The notes under the pieces were generated by a model. It saw nothing but the letters and a program-made list of their open reading frames with translations. It did no database searches and had not been told where the DNA came from. The position numbers were made by a program, and so were the translations under genes. Below are positions 10,304 to 20,078 of a DNA stretch of 64,000 bases, piece by piece; the first letter of the stretch is position 1, and every line of letters starts with the position of its first letter. Location of the stretch: positions 153,007-217,006 of the forward strand of contig VHBB01000001.1 in assembly GCA_016872155.1 (NCBI GenBank), written 5' to 3'. This DNA comes from Sphingomonadales bacterium. Its GTDB lineage: Bacteria; Bacteroidota; Bacteroidia; Chitinophagales; Chitinophagaceae.

Positions 10304-10531
10304 TCAGCCTTCGTTACGGTTAGCCTTGTACCAGCGGTATCCGATGTAACCAATAATAGCAAAGGGAGCGAAGGCCAGATATAAGATGCCGGTATTCATT
10401 CCTTCTGCAGGGCCTTCTCCTAACTGTTGTGCGGTCTTGGTGCAAATAGAACATTGTGCTATCGCAGCGGGAACGCTGAGCAGCCAAAGAGCGATGCTCG
10501 ATAAAACCGAAAGAAGTAGTTGCTTTTTCAT
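10304..10531 (-). CDS. small secreted/membrane protein with CxxC motif (hypothetical)
   Basis: 75 aa from ATG 10531 (MKKQLLL...). Signal peptide ...AAIAQ, then CSIC, then one C-terminal TM helix. It starts 31 nt downstream of the typA stop. Confidence 0.5.
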   Translation of the reverse strand: MKKQLLLSVLSSIALWLLSVPAAIAQCSICTKTAQQLGEGPAEGMNTGILYLAFAPFAIIGYIGYRWYKANRNEG

Positions 10532-10562
10532 ACCAGACAACTGTAAAAGTAGAACATGAACA

Positions 10563-12374
10563 TCAAGAAGCCTCGGCTTCCATTTTCTTTTGCACTTTCT
10601 TACGCTCCTCTTCGTTCAGCACCACTTTGCGCATCCGAATAAAATTGGGCGTTACCTCTATGCACTCATCCTGCTGAATATATTCCATACACTCCTCGAG
10701 GGTCATGAGGGTGCGGGGGGCGATACGGGTCGCGTCATCACTACCACTGGCCCGGTGGTTAGTGAGTTTTTTTGCTTCGGTAACATTCACCACTAGATCG
10801 CCTGGCTTGATATTTTCGGCCACGATCTGTCCGGCATACACTTCTTCGCCGGGTTCAATAAAGAAGGTACCGCGATCTTGTAACTTATCGATAGAATAGC
10901 CAGTAGAGCGTTCTTGAAACTTAGAGACCAATACGCCATTGTTGCGACCAGGAATAGGCCCCTTCCAGGGTTTGTATTCACTAAAGCGATGCGCCATCAC
11001 GGCTTCTCCGGTGGTAGCGGTAAGCATTTGCGTACGCAATCCGATCAGTCCACGCGAAGGAATATCAAACTCTAAGTGCTGCATTTCGCCCTTGGTCTCC
11101 ATGACCAGCATTTCGCCTTTGCGACGACTGACCAGGTCGATCACTTTAGAAGCGAACTCTTGCGGCACATCGACTACAAGATTTTCGTAGGGCTCAGATT
11201 TTTTACCATCGATTTCTTTAACAATAACTTGGGGTTGTCCCACGGTGAGCTCGTATCCTTCGCGACGCATGGTCTCTATTAGAATACCCAGGTGCAAAAT
11301 GCCTCTTCCGTACACCAAGAAACTATCGCCTTCTTCGGTATCTACCACGCGAAGCGCCAAGTTCTTTTCAGTCTCCTTTAGTAGGCGATCACGCAAATGA
11401 CGCGAGGTCACGAACTTTCCATCCTTACCGAAAAAAGGTGAGTTGTTGATCGAGAATAACATGTTCATGGTAGGCTCATCGACACTGATCACCGGTAAGG
11501 CCTCGGGATTCTCTGCATCGGCGATCGTATCTCCGATATTGAAATCTTCGATACCTACTACGGCGCAGAGATCGCCAGCAATAACTTCGGAAACTTTCTT
11601 TTTCCCCATCCCCTCAAATACATACAGCTCTTTTACTCTCGACTTTTTTACAGAACCATCCGCTTGCAAGAGGGCAATAGGTTGGTTTTCTTTAATAGAC
11701 CCGCGCGCAACTTTTCCTACAGCGATACGACCCAAGAAAGATGAATAATCAAGCGATGTGATCTGCAATTGTAAAGGGCCTTCGTTTACTTTAGGAGCGG
11801 GTACGTGCTGCAATATGCCATCCAATAACGGGTTGATATTATCGATCTGCTGAAGCGAATCGTTGAACCAACCATTTTTACCACTACCATAATAGGTAGG
11901 GAAATGTAATTGCTCTTCGGTCGCATCCAGATTAAAGAATAATTCAAATACCGCATCGTGCACTTCGTCGGGGCGACAATTGGGCTTATCGACCTTGTTG
12001 ATGACCACGATCGGATGTAAATTCAATTGAAGCGCTTTTTGCAATACAAAACGGGTCTGGGGCATGGGGCCTTCAAAGGCATCCACCAGCAAAATAACCC
12101 CGTTGGCCATCTTGAGTACACGCTCTACCTCACCGCCAAAGTCGGCGTGCCCGGGGGTATCGATCACGTTGATCTTGACATCCTTGTACGTTACCGCCGC
12201 GTTCTTGCTAAAAATGGTGATGCCGCGCTCTCTTTCGAGGTCGTTACTATCCATGATCAGTTCACCGGTCTCTTGGTTATCGCGAAAAACCTTGGTGGCA
12301 TGAAGGATCTTGTCTACCAGGGTGGTCTTTCCGTGGTCAACGTGGGCAATGATGGCGATGTTGCGTATTTGCAT
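10563..12374 (-). CDS. typA: translational GTPase TypA/BipA
   Basis: G1 [11 protein letters not shown]3 DTPGHADF and G4 NKVD motifs. ATG 12374 (MQIRNIAII...) is preferred over the track start at 12479, which would overlap the divergent gene and lie upstream of the -7 box at 12397-12404. Confidence 0.95.
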   Translation of the reverse strand: MQIRNIAIIAHVDHGKTTLVDKILHATKVFRDNQETGELIMDSNDLERERGITIFSKNAAVTYKDVKINVIDTPGHADFGGEVERVLKMANGVILLVDAFEGPMPQTRFVLQKALQLNLHPIVVINKVDKPNCRPDEVHDAVFELFFNLDATEEQLHFPTYYGSGKNGWFNDSLQQIDNINPLLDGILQHVPAPKVNEGPLQLQITSLDYSSFLGRIAVGKVARGSIKENQPIALLQADGSVKKSRVKELYVFEGMGKKKVSEVIAGDLCAVVGIEDFNIGDTIADAENPEALPVISVDEPTMNMLFSINNSPFFGKDGKFVTSRHLRDRLLKETEKNLALRVVDTEEGDSFLVYGRGILHLGILIETMRREGYELTVGQPQVIVKEIDGKKSEPYENLVVDVPQEFASKVIDLVSRRKGEMLVMETKGEMQHLEFDIPSRGLIGLRTQMLTATTGEAVMAHRFSEYKPWKGPIPGRNNGVLVSKFQERSTGYSIDKLQDRGTFFIEPGEEVYAGQIVAENIKPGDLVVNVTEAKKLTNHRASGSDDATRIAPRTLMTLEECMEYIQQDECIEVTPNFIRMRKVVLNEEERKKVQKKMEAEAS

Positions 12375-12396
12375 GAAGGGTGTTTTCAAAGACGCG

Positions 12397-12404
12397 CAAA
12401 GGTA
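12397..12404 (-). promoter_or_regulatory. -7 promoter box TACCTTTG for typA
   Basis: Exact TAnnTTTG, 22 nt upstream of ATG 12374. Confidence 0.4.
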
Positions 12405-12450
12405 GCTCAATTCTTGCCAATAATGGGTTAATTTAGAGGAAATTAAGCCC

Positions 12451-13449
12451 ATGAAGTACCTAAAAGGCCTGGCCATCATACTATTAGCTTTTTCGATGCT
12501 CTATTTGGCCGGTCCGAGGCCTGCCAAACCGAGCTACAGTACGGTGCTGCCCGAATTGCCATCCGATGCACTTGCCCTAGAACAATACATTCGCGATCAA
12601 GAATCGCAGCATAAGGTCAAGCCCAATAACGAGGCGCGTATCGTATGGGCTAACGACAGCTTGCGCACCCCTACCGAATACGCCCTGGTGTACTTACATG
12701 GATTTTCGGCCTCGCAAATGGAGGGCGATCCCGTGCATCGTAACCTCGCCGCTCATTTTGGAATGAATCTTTATCTAAGCCGGCTGCAAGATCACGGCAT
12801 TGACACGACCGTGCCGCTCGGCGGAATGACCGCACAAGGATTGTGGGAATCGGCCGTACAAGCACTTGCGATAGGCAAAAAGCTGGGCAAAAAACTAATC
12901 TTGATGTCGACCTCTACCGGCGGTACACTATCACTAAAATTAGCGGCGGAATTTCCGGAGATCGCTGCTCAGATCTTGCTCTCTCCCAACATCGAGATCA
13001 ACGATAACAAAGCCTGGCTACTGAATAATCCATGGGGATTGCAAATTGCACAGGCGGTTGCCGGCACGTACCGAGTGGTGAGCGATACGACAGCGCTCTA
13101 TGCCCGCTACTGGAACAATCGATACATTATGACCGCTCCCGTCGAATTAGAGCAACTGCTCGAGACGACGATGAAAAATGCTGTCTTTGCGGCGGTTCAA
13201 CAACCCGTGCTGATGCTGTACTATTATAAAAACGAGCAAGAACAAGATCCGGTGGTAAAAGTATCGGCCATGAAAAGAATGTACCGGGCACTAGGCACGC
13301 CCGATTCATTAAAGAGAGAGCTGGCCTTACCCAATACCGGCGATCATGTACTGGCTTCTCCCATCAAGTCCAAAGATGTAGCGAGTGTAGAAAAAGCTTG
13401 TATCGATTTTGTAGAGCAGGTGCTTCACCTTCGTCCGGCCCAGCAATAA
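12451..13449 (+). CDS. alpha/beta hydrolase
   Basis: 332 aa with a signal/anchor sequence, oxyanion-like LHGFSAS and the nucleophile elbow MSTSTGG. Confidence 0.7.
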   Translation: MKYLKGLAIILLAFSMLYLAGPRPAKPSYSTVLPELPSDALALEQYIRDQESQHKVKPNNEARIVWANDSLRTPTEYALVYLHGFSASQMEGDPVHRNLAAHFGMNLYLSRLQDHGIDTTVPLGGMTAQGLWESAVQALAIGKKLGKKLILMSTSTGGTLSLKLAAEFPEIAAQILLSPNIEINDNKAWLLNNPWGLQIAQAVAGTYRVVSDTTALYARYWNNRYIMTAPVELEQLLETTMKNAVFAAVQQPVLMLYYYKNEQEQDPVVKVSAMKRMYRALGTPDSLKRELALPNTGDHVLASPIKSKDVASVEKACIDFVEQVLHLRPAQQ

Positions 13450-13517
13450 TTGTCAGTAAAAGGTCTCCGCAATTTGTTGATGGGTTTACTTTACTTTGTA
13501 TCCTCAACCTTGCTTTT

Positions 13518-14567
13518 ATGATTCGCTCCCGCATTGCCGGCATCGGCAAATACCTGCCCGAGCAGGTCGTGACCAATCACGATCTGTTGCAATACATGGA
13601 TACCAGTGATGAGTGGATCCAGGAACGAACGGGCATCAAAGAACGTCGCTATGCCCATCGTACTAATGAAACCACCACAACCATGGGGGTAGAAGCGGCC
13701 CGTATAGCTAAAGAGCGAGCCGGCATCACGGCACAAGACATTGACTTTATCATTTTCGCCACCTTATCGCCCGATTATTATTTTCCGGGGTGCGGGGTAC
13801 TGTTGCAACGCGCTATGCACATGAAAGAGATCGGGGCGCTCGATGTGCGCAATCAATGCAGTGGTTTTGTATATGCATTGAGTGTAGCCGATCAGTTTAT
13901 TCGAACCGGCACGTATAAAAATATTTTAGTGGTTGGATCCGAAAAGCATTCCTTTGGACTAGACTTTACCACCCGGGGCCGCAATGTATCGGTAATATTT
14001 GGAGACGGGGCCGGAGCTGTTGTATTACAATCCACCACCGACGAAAAAGCAGGGCTCCTCTCTACGCACCTGCACAGTGATGGAGAGAGTGCCGAGATAC
14101 TGACCATGTACAACCCGGGCACGCATGCCAATCACTGGAAAGAAGAACGCTATGCCGACTTTAACGAGGCTCCTATTGGTCAAATGTTCATGAGCCATGA
14201 GATGATCGATAACGCGCAACTATTTCCGTACATGGATGGACCGGCCGTCTTTAAGAAAGCGGTCGTAAAATTTCCGGAAGTAATTATGGAGGCACTTTCA
14301 AAGAACGGATACACGCCAAAAGATCTGGATCTCTTAATACCCCACCAAGCCAATCTTCGTATCGCTCAATTTGTGCAACAAAAATTAGAACTGCGCGACG
14401 ATCAGGTGTATAATAATATTCAACACTACGGTAATACGACTGCCGCATCGGTACCCATTGCCCTATGCGAAGCCTGGGAAAAAGGATTGGTCAAAGAACA
14501 TCAACTCGTTTGCCTCGCAGCTTTTGGCAGTGGCTTTACCTGGGCCAGCGCTTTGCTGCGCTGGTGA
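13518..14567 (+). CDS. fabH: 3-oxoacyl-ACP synthase III
   Basis: 349 aa from ATG 13518 (MIRSRIAGIGKYLPE). Active-site Cys context RNQCSGFVYAL, plus HQANLRI and GNTTAAS. Confidence 0.9.
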   Translation: MIRSRIAGIGKYLPEQVVTNHDLLQYMDTSDEWIQERTGIKERRYAHRTNETTTTMGVEAARIAKERAGITAQDIDFIIFATLSPDYYFPGCGVLLQRAMHMKEIGALDVRNQCSGFVYALSVADQFIRTGTYKNILVVGSEKHSFGLDFTTRGRNVSVIFGDGAGAVVLQSTTDEKAGLLSTHLHSDGESAEILTMYNPGTHANHWKEERYADFNEAPIGQMFMSHEMIDNAQLFPYMDGPAVFKKAVVKFPEVIMEALSKNGYTPKDLDLLIPHQANLRIAQFVQQKLELRDDQVYNNIQHYGNTTAASVPIALCEAWEKGLVKEHQLVCLAAFGSGFTWASALLRW

Positions 14568-14588
14568 TAAATACATGAATCGAAAAGC

Positions 14589-15506
14589 TTGAGCAGAAAA
14601 CTACTCTATATTATCAATCCTATTGCCGGTACGGGTTCTCGCGGCTCGCTGCGAAAACAGATCGAGTCGCTCACCCGTGAAGCCGGATTTGAATTTGAAT
14701 GCCACGATTCTGCTATCGATGGAAACTATGAACACCTGACGAGTCGACTGCTGGGAGAAAGTTTTACTGATATTGTTATTGCAGGAGGCGATGGTACCAT
14801 CAACCAGGTAGTCGGAGCGCTTCGCCACTTGAATCTTCCTTTTGGAGTAATACCCTGTGGATCGGGGAATGGTCTTGCCAGATGCGCCGGACTCTCTACC
14901 GATCCTCCAAAAGCATTGGAGGTCGTTTTTAATGGTAAAGCGATCGCCACCGATGGCTATACCGTCAATGGCCGGTTTGCCTGTGAGCTTACCGGACTGG
15001 GATTTGATGGGGCCGTGGCGCATGCATATGCCAAAAGCGGTACCCGTGGACTCAATACCTACATACGACATGCGATAAAACAATTTGCCTCGGCGCCGTC
15101 TTATTCGTTTCGCGTGCAGGTGCAGGGACAGCTGGTAGCAATGGATGCCTATATGATCACCGTTGCTAACGCCAATCAATTTGGCAATAAGGTTACCATT
15201 GCGCCCCATGCTTCACTAACCGACGGACTGCTCGATGTGATCATCGTAAAAAGACAAAATAAGATACCATTGCTGTGGCGAGCGTATCAACAACTCAGTG
15301 GGCGCAATTATCCGCTGCGAGGAAAAGAGATCGTCGCGTCGCTATCTGCCGAATCGGAGCAACCAGCCATTCATTATTGGCAGGTATCCTCAATAGAGAT
15401 TGAAAACCTTGGTGGCGCTATGATTCATATGGATGGAGAACCTATTGCTTCCGAAAATAATATTCAGCTTTCCGTACTTCCGCTGGCCTTTGCACTGCAC
15501 AGATAA
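14589..15506 (+). CDS. diacylglycerol kinase family lipid kinase (YegS/BmrU-like)
   Basis: 305 aa with a TTG start per the track. Contains the IAGGDGTINQVV DAGK catalytic motif. Confidence 0.85.
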   Translation: MSRKLLYIINPIAGTGSRGSLRKQIESLTREAGFEFECHDSAIDGNYEHLTSRLLGESFTDIVIAGGDGTINQVVGALRHLNLPFGVIPCGSGNGLARCAGLSTDPPKALEVVFNGKAIATDGYTVNGRFACELTGLGFDGAVAHAYAKSGTRGLNTYIRHAIKQFASAPSYSFRVQVQGQLVAMDAYMITVANANQFGNKVTIAPHASLTDGLLDVIIVKRQNKIPLLWRAYQQLSGRNYPLRGKEIVASLSAESEQPAIHYWQVSSIEIENLGGAMIHMDGEPIASENNIQLSVLPLAFALHR

Positions 15507-16534
15507 AGCAACAGCACCAGCGACAACAGTAACAGCATCGCCACCAATTGATGTAACTGCGCCATCCATTCAAACAGACCCCATTGACCAGGAACGATCG
15601 AAGTGCTGCACAGCACCGATAAGACTCCCAGCAATACTTGCAGCAATACTAAACTAATAGGAAACCACGCCGCACGCTGCAACCAGCGACTGCCATGGGG
15701 GCGATGCAATTGTAATGTTAGTAGTACGAAGGCGATCAATAAAATATAGGCCAATCCTCTATGTACAAAATGAATGGCGATCTTATTTTCTATCCAAAAT
15801 AGAAATCCGTTGGCGCTACTGAGCAGATCAGGTATTACTTGTCCGTTGATATCGGGCCAGGTAGGTGCTGCAGTGGCTGCTTTGTGTCCGGCCATAAAAG
15901 CCCCGTACGCCAATTGCACTACTAATAACGTCAAGATAAAAATCACGCGCTTGCGTACCGATGGCAACCCCACCCGCTGATCAGCGGGTACTAACAATTG
16001 CAACGCAAACCAAAACGTATACGATAGTAAACCGAGCGCGAGTACAAAGTGCAAGGCTAACCGCGTGGGCTTTACATAAATGGCATCGCCGGTAAGTCCA
16101 CTGGCTACCATAATCCAACCCACGGCTCCTTGAAGGGCGCCGAGTAAAAATAAGATCAACAAGGGCCTTATCATTGAAGACCTAAACTGACGCGTCCATA
16201 AAAAATAAAGAAAGGGAACCATAAAGACCATGCCGATCAAGCGGGCCCAGAAACGATGAAACCACTCCCAGAAAAAAATAGTCTTGAACTCTTGCAGGGT
16301 AAAATCAAAATTGAGCAAGCGAAACTGAGGAGTCTGCTGGTATTTGGCAAACTCCAGCGCCCAATCGGCGGCAGTCAGTGGAGGCAGTGCACCCGTTACC
16401 ACATTCCATTCGGTAATGGAGAGTCCCGAACCGGTCAACCGGGTAATACCCCCCAGCGCAATCTGAATAACGACCATGGCTACGCCCGTAAGCAACCAAA
16501 TAGCCACCGGGCGCGACGTAGCTTCCATTTTCAT
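15464..16534 (-). CDS. ctaA: heme A synthase (COX15/CtaA family)
   Basis: 356 aa polytopic membrane protein with the conserved His-bearing helices of COX15/CtaA. An exact -7 box lies 4 nt upstream of the ATG. Confidence 0.85.
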   Translation of the reverse strand: MKMEATSRPVAIWLLTGVAMVVIQIALGGITRLTGSGLSITEWNVVTGALPPLTAADWALEFAKYQQTPQFRLLNFDFTLQEFKTIFFWEWFHRFWARLIGMVFMVPFLYFLWTRQFRSSMIRPLLILFLLGALQGAVGWIMVASGLTGDAIYVKPTRLALHFVLALGLLSYTFWFALQLLVPADQRVGLPSVRKRVIFILTLLVVQLAYGAFMAGHKAATAAPTWPDINGQVIPDLLSSANGFLFWIENKIAIHFVHRGLAYILLIAFVLLTLQLHRPHGSRWLQRAAWFPISLVLLQVLLGVLSVLCSTSIVPGQWGLFEWMAQLHQLVAMLLLLSLVLLLYLCSAKASGSTES

Positions 16535-16538
16535 AGGG

Positions 16539-16546
16539 CAAAGGTA
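16539..16546 (-). promoter_or_regulatory. -7 promoter box TACCTTTG, 4 nt from the ctaA ATG (predicted leaderless)
   Basis: The coding strand reads TACCTTTG-CCCT-ATG. Confidence 0.45.
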
Positions 16547-16582
16547 AAGCCTGCCGGAGCCGCTACCTGATTTTGTTGAACA

Positions 16583-16590
16583 TAATTTTG
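16583..16590 (+). promoter_or_regulatory. -7 promoter box TAATTTTG for rnhB
   Basis: Exact TAnnTTTG, 12 nt upstream of ATG 16603. Confidence 0.45.
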
Positions 16591-16602
16591 CATCTTGCAG
16601 GT

Positions 16603-17202
16603 ATGCTGGCCGCTTACTATAAAAAAAACGAGATCGAAGCAGGCTGCGACGAAGCCGGTCGGGGTTGTTATGCAGGGCCTGTAGTGGCAGGAGCCGTTAT
16701 ACTCCCCAAGAACTTTAAACACCCCTTGTTGAACGATTCCAAAAAACTCAGTGCCGCACAACGCGAAATACTTCGCCCCATTATCGAAGAACAAGCCATT
16801 GCCTGGGGCATCGGAATAGTCGATCACGAAGAGATCGATAAGATCAATATTTTAAAAGCGAGCTTTAAAGCTATGCATAAAGCCATCGATCAACTTAGCA
16901 AGAAACCCGGACTGCTCTTGATCGATGGCAATCGCTTTATTCCTTATCTCACTATCAAACATCAATGTTTTGTAAAAGGTGATGGCCGCTTTGCCTCTAT
17001 TGCCGCGGCCAGCATACTAGCCAAAACGCATCGGGACCAATTGATGCAAACACTACATGCTGAGTTTCCACAATACGGATGGGATCGTAATAAAGGATAT
17101 GGCACCGCAGCCCATCGAAAGGCCATCGATCTACACGGGCTTTGCCGCTATCACAGAAAAAGTTTCAGACTACTACCCACACAAGGTTCACTGGACTATT
17201 GA
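16603..17202 (+). CDS. rnhB: ribonuclease HII
   Basis: [14 protein letters not shown] catalytic motif. ATG 16603 is preferred because the track TTG at 16573 lies upstream of the -7 box at 16583-16590. Confidence 0.9.
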   Translation: MLAAYYKKNEIEAGCDEAGRGCYAGPVVAGAVILPKNFKHPLLNDSKKLSAAQREILRPIIEEQAIAWGIGIVDHEEIDKINILKASFKAMHKAIDQLSKKPGLLLIDGNRFIPYLTIKHQCFVKGDGRFASIAAASILAKTHRDQLMQTLHAEFPQYGWDRNKGYGTAAHRKAIDLHGLCRYHRKSFRLLPTQGSLDY

Positions 17203-18224
17203 ATGGTCCAAACCTCATTGCCGCGAAGCAGCTTGTCGAGATCGGCAGGCTTGCGGGCACTAGCCTCTTCTAGTTGTGCCTTCATTACATCTTCGTAACA
17301 AGGACGATCGGTCTCGTAGAAAACACCAAAGGGGCGAGGTAAATGACCTTCGATATGTACGTCATCGAATATGCGAGAGAGAATTTGCGCTTTGTAAATA
17401 TCCCTTTCATCATGCACCCAGCAATCATCGGCCGAATAACCCTGCGTTAAATCGACCACCACGGGTTTAAAGCCATCGAGTTTGATTCCTTTTTCTTGGG
17501 TGGCTCCGAATAACAAGGGCTTACCGGATTCTACGAATAAGGTCTCGACAGGCTTGGTGCCTTTTTCGGTAAAGATCTCAAAAGCGCCGTCATTAAAGAT
17601 GTTGCAATTCTGATAGATCTCAAGAAACGAAGACCCTTTGTGACCATGTGCACGAAGCAACATAGCCTGTAAATGCTTAGGGTCGCGATCCATGGTGCGC
17701 GCCACGAAAGTAGCATCAGCGCCCAGCGCCAGTGCCGCCGGATTAAAGGGATGATCGATGCTTCCCATCGGGGTACTCTTAGTCACTTTCTTTTCTTCTG
17801 AAGTGGGAGAATATTGTCCCTTGGTCAATCCGTAGATCTGGTTATTGAATAGTAAAATGTTGACGTCGAAATTGCGACGCAACAAATGAATGGTATGATT
17901 GCCGCCAATGCTCAAACTGTCACCGTCTCCGGTAATGATCCAAACACTTAGCTCGGGCCGGCTTGCCTTAAGACCACTGGCCACCGCCGTAGCACGACCG
18001 TGAATGGAGTGCATTCCATAGGTGTTCATATAATAGGGAAAGCGGCTACTGCAACCGATACCCGAAATAAAGACGATGTTCTCGCGCGGAATGCCCAAAG
18101 TGGGCATTACTTTTTGTACCTGGGCCAAAATAGAATAATCGCCACAGCCCGGACACCAACGAACTTCTTGGTCGGTGGCAAAATCCTTGGCGGTCAATAC
18201 CGGGGCTGTCTTTGTTTCGCTCAT
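17196..18224 (-). CDS. korB: 2-oxoacid (2-oxoglutarate):ferredoxin oxidoreductase beta subunit
   Basis: 342 aa. N-terminal [12 protein letters not shown]-binding [14 protein letters not shown]...NN, KorB-like throughout. Confidence 0.9.
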   Translation of the reverse strand: MSETKTAPVLTAKDFATDQEVRWCPGCGDYSILAQVQKVMPTLGIPRENIVFISGIGCSSRFPYYMNTYGMHSIHGRATAVASGLKASRPELSVWIITGDGDSLSIGGNHTIHLLRRNFDVNILLFNNQIYGLTKGQYSPTSEEKKVTKSTPMGSIDHPFNPAALALGADATFVARTMDRDPKHLQAMLLRAHGHKGSSFLEIYQNCNIFNDGAFEIFTEKGTKPVETLFVESGKPLLFGATQEKGIKLDGFKPVVVDLTQGYSADDCWVHDERDIYKAQILSRIFDDVHIEGHLPRPFGVFYETDRPCYEDVMKAQLEEASARKPADLDKLLRGNEVWTIQ

Positions 18225-18239
18225 GGCACTACTTCAAAA

Positions 18240-18247
18240 CAAATTTA
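18240..18247 (-). promoter_or_regulatory. -7 promoter box TAAATTTG for korB
   Basis: Exact TAnnTTTG inside the 31-nt gap between the ACAD stop (18256) and the korB ATG (18224). Confidence 0.4.
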
Positions 18248-18255
18248 CAAAAATC

Positions 18256-20049
18256 TTAATACCGATAGCGGCCCAGTTCTATCATCCTGTCCGCAATGCG
18301 ACGACGGGCAGCCTTACTGTTAAAGGGATCTGCCTTGGTAAATCGCTTGAGCCCCATCAAGATCATACGACCCTCGTCGCCATCTGCAAACCCATTGATG
18401 GCATCCTTGCCCGACTTGTTGACCCGATCGGCGACATCGTATAAATAAGTTCGCATCATATCGATCTGATCCGCTACAGCCTGCTCTCCTTGTGCGGTCA
18501 CCAACTTCATGACTCGAAGCAGGGTACTCTCGGCATGAAATACCTCAATGGCCATATCGGCAATATTCATTAGTATCTCTTGTTCATGCTCGATCTTCAT
18601 CATCAGTTTTTGAACCGCAGCGCCTGCTGTCATCAAGATCGCCTTCTTAAGATTAGCGATTAATTTTAATTCGCTAGCGAATGGCGTATCATCGCTGGCC
18701 CCAAAATCAGGAATGCTCATCAACTCTTTTTGAACGGCCATGGCCGGACCCATCAGATCGAGACGACCTCCCATAGCACGCTTTAGCGTCATATCGAGTG
18801 CCAGCAAGCGATTGATCTCGTTGGTGCCTTCGTAAATACGATTGATGCGACTATCGCGATAGGCGCGAGAAATACCATACTCGGCACTATACCCATTGCC
18901 CCCATGGATCTGGACTCCTTCATCGACCGAAAAGTCGAGTACCTCGCTACCAAATACTTTCAACGCGGCACACTCAATGGCATACTCTTCGGCACCGGCC
19001 AAGAGCGCCTCGGCAAAAGGTTTGCCGGCGGCTAATAGCTCTTCTTCTTTTTCTTTGATCCATTCCGAGGTTCGGTAAAGTGCAGACTCGGCTACAAATA
19101 CGCGAATGGCCATCTCGGCAAGCTTATGCTTGATAGCCCCAAAATTGGCAATGGGTTGCTTGAACTGTTCGCGCGTTTTTGCGTACGTAATGGAATGATT
19201 TAGCGCCATACGCGATCCACCGATCGCTGCTGCGCAAAGTTTTAATCGACCAAGGTTCAAAATATTAAAGGCGATCTTATGTCCCTTGCCCAACTCACCC
19301 AACAAATTTTCTACAGGTATCTTGCAATCCTGAAAATAGAGTTGCACGGTAGAAGATCCTTTAATGCCCATCTTATCTTCTTCGGGTCCTTGTGTAAATC
19401 CGGGTGTACCGCGCTCAACGATAAAGGCCGTAAACTTGTCGCCATCTACTTTGGCAAAGACAGTATATACATGCGCGAAGCCACCATTGGTGATCCAGCA
19501 TTTTTGGCCATTCAAAATATAATGCTTGCCATCGGGGGAAAGTGTTGCGGTGGTCTTGGCACCCAGGGCATCGCTACCGCTATTGGGTTCGGTTAGCCCA
19601 TACGAACCGGCCCACTCACCGGTCACCAACTTGGGCAGGTATTTGTTTTTTTGGGCCTCGGTGCCGAAATACAAAATAGGCAACATGCCAATACAAGTAT
19701 GTGCCGAAACAGCCACCGAGTACGAGTATCCGGCCCCGAGGTATTCACTAACAATTACCGAGGTCACAAAATCTTTTGCCAATCCTCCATAGGCCTCGGG
19801 AATAGAGACCGAGAGTAGCCCCAACTCTCCGGTCTTGGCTACCAGCGAAGGCATAAGTCCGGGCTCCATCGCATCAATTTGCTGAACGATCGGAAACACT
19901 TCGGTGTCTAAAAACTGCGTACACATGTCTTTGATCATGCGTTGCTCTTCGGTAAAATCTTCGGGAATAAAACAATCTTCGGGTACAGAGGGCGTAGTTA
20001 ACCACTGGCCTCCTTTAATGGCTTTCTTTACTGCGGTGGTCGATGACAT
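18256..20049 (-). CDS. acyl-CoA dehydrogenase (long, roughly 600-aa type)
   Basis: ACAD signature YGLTEPNSGSDALGAKTTA and QIHGGNGY. ATG 20049 is preferred over the track TTG at 20082. Confidence 0.9.
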   Translation of the reverse strand: MSSTTAVKKAIKGGQWLTTPSVPEDCFIPEDFTEEQRMIKDMCTQFLDTEVFPIVQQIDAMEPGLMPSLVAKTGELGLLSVSIPEAYGGLAKDFVTSVIVSEYLGAGYSYSVAVSAHTCIGMLPILYFGTEAQKNKYLPKLVTGEWAGSYGLTEPNSGSDALGAKTTATLSPDGKHYILNGQKCWITNGGFAHVYTVFAKVDGDKFTAFIVERGTPGFTQGPEEDKMGIKGSSTVQLYFQDCKIPVENLLGELGKGHKIAFNILNLGRLKLCAAAIGGSRMALNHSITYAKTREQFKQPIANFGAIKHKLAEMAIRVFVAESALYRTSEWIKEKEEELLAAGKPFAEALLAGAEEYAIECAALKVFGSEVLDFSVDEGVQIHGGNGYSAEYGISRAYRDSRINRIYEGTNEINRLLALDMTLKRAMGGRLDLMGPAMAVQKELMSIPDFGASDDTPFASELKLIANLKKAILMTAGAAVQKLMMKIEHEQEILMNIADMAIEVFHAESTLLRVMKLVTAQGEQAVADQIDMMRTYLYDVADRVNKSGKDAINGFADGDEGRMILMGLKRFTKADPFNSKAARRRIADRMIELGRYRY

Positions 20050-20078
20050 AACGGTTGTATTAAATGGATGATGGATGT

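Noticed and set aside
10286-10310. A short hairpin (AGGCT-N5-AGCCT) between meaB and the small CxxC gene, considered as a terminator.
   Set aside because: The stem is only 5 bp, there is no U-tract, and it overlaps the stop codon of the minus-strand gene.
12375-12479. N-terminal extensions offered by the ORF track. Examples are typA to 12479, fabH from 13398, the TPR kinase from 56162, D-aminoacylase from 42469, tcdA from 58734, M16 to 50100, ACAD to 20082 and DUF420 to 24722.
   Set aside because: Internal ATGs give the conserved family N-termini or signal peptides and avoid overlaps. In several cases an exact -7 promoter box lies inside the proposed extension.
14601-15209. A 202-aa ORF antisense to the DAG-kinase-like gene.
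   Set aside because: It has no recognisable motif. The opposite strand carries a well-conserved DAGK catalytic domain (GGDGT). This is a typical shadow ORF in a GC-balanced coding region.
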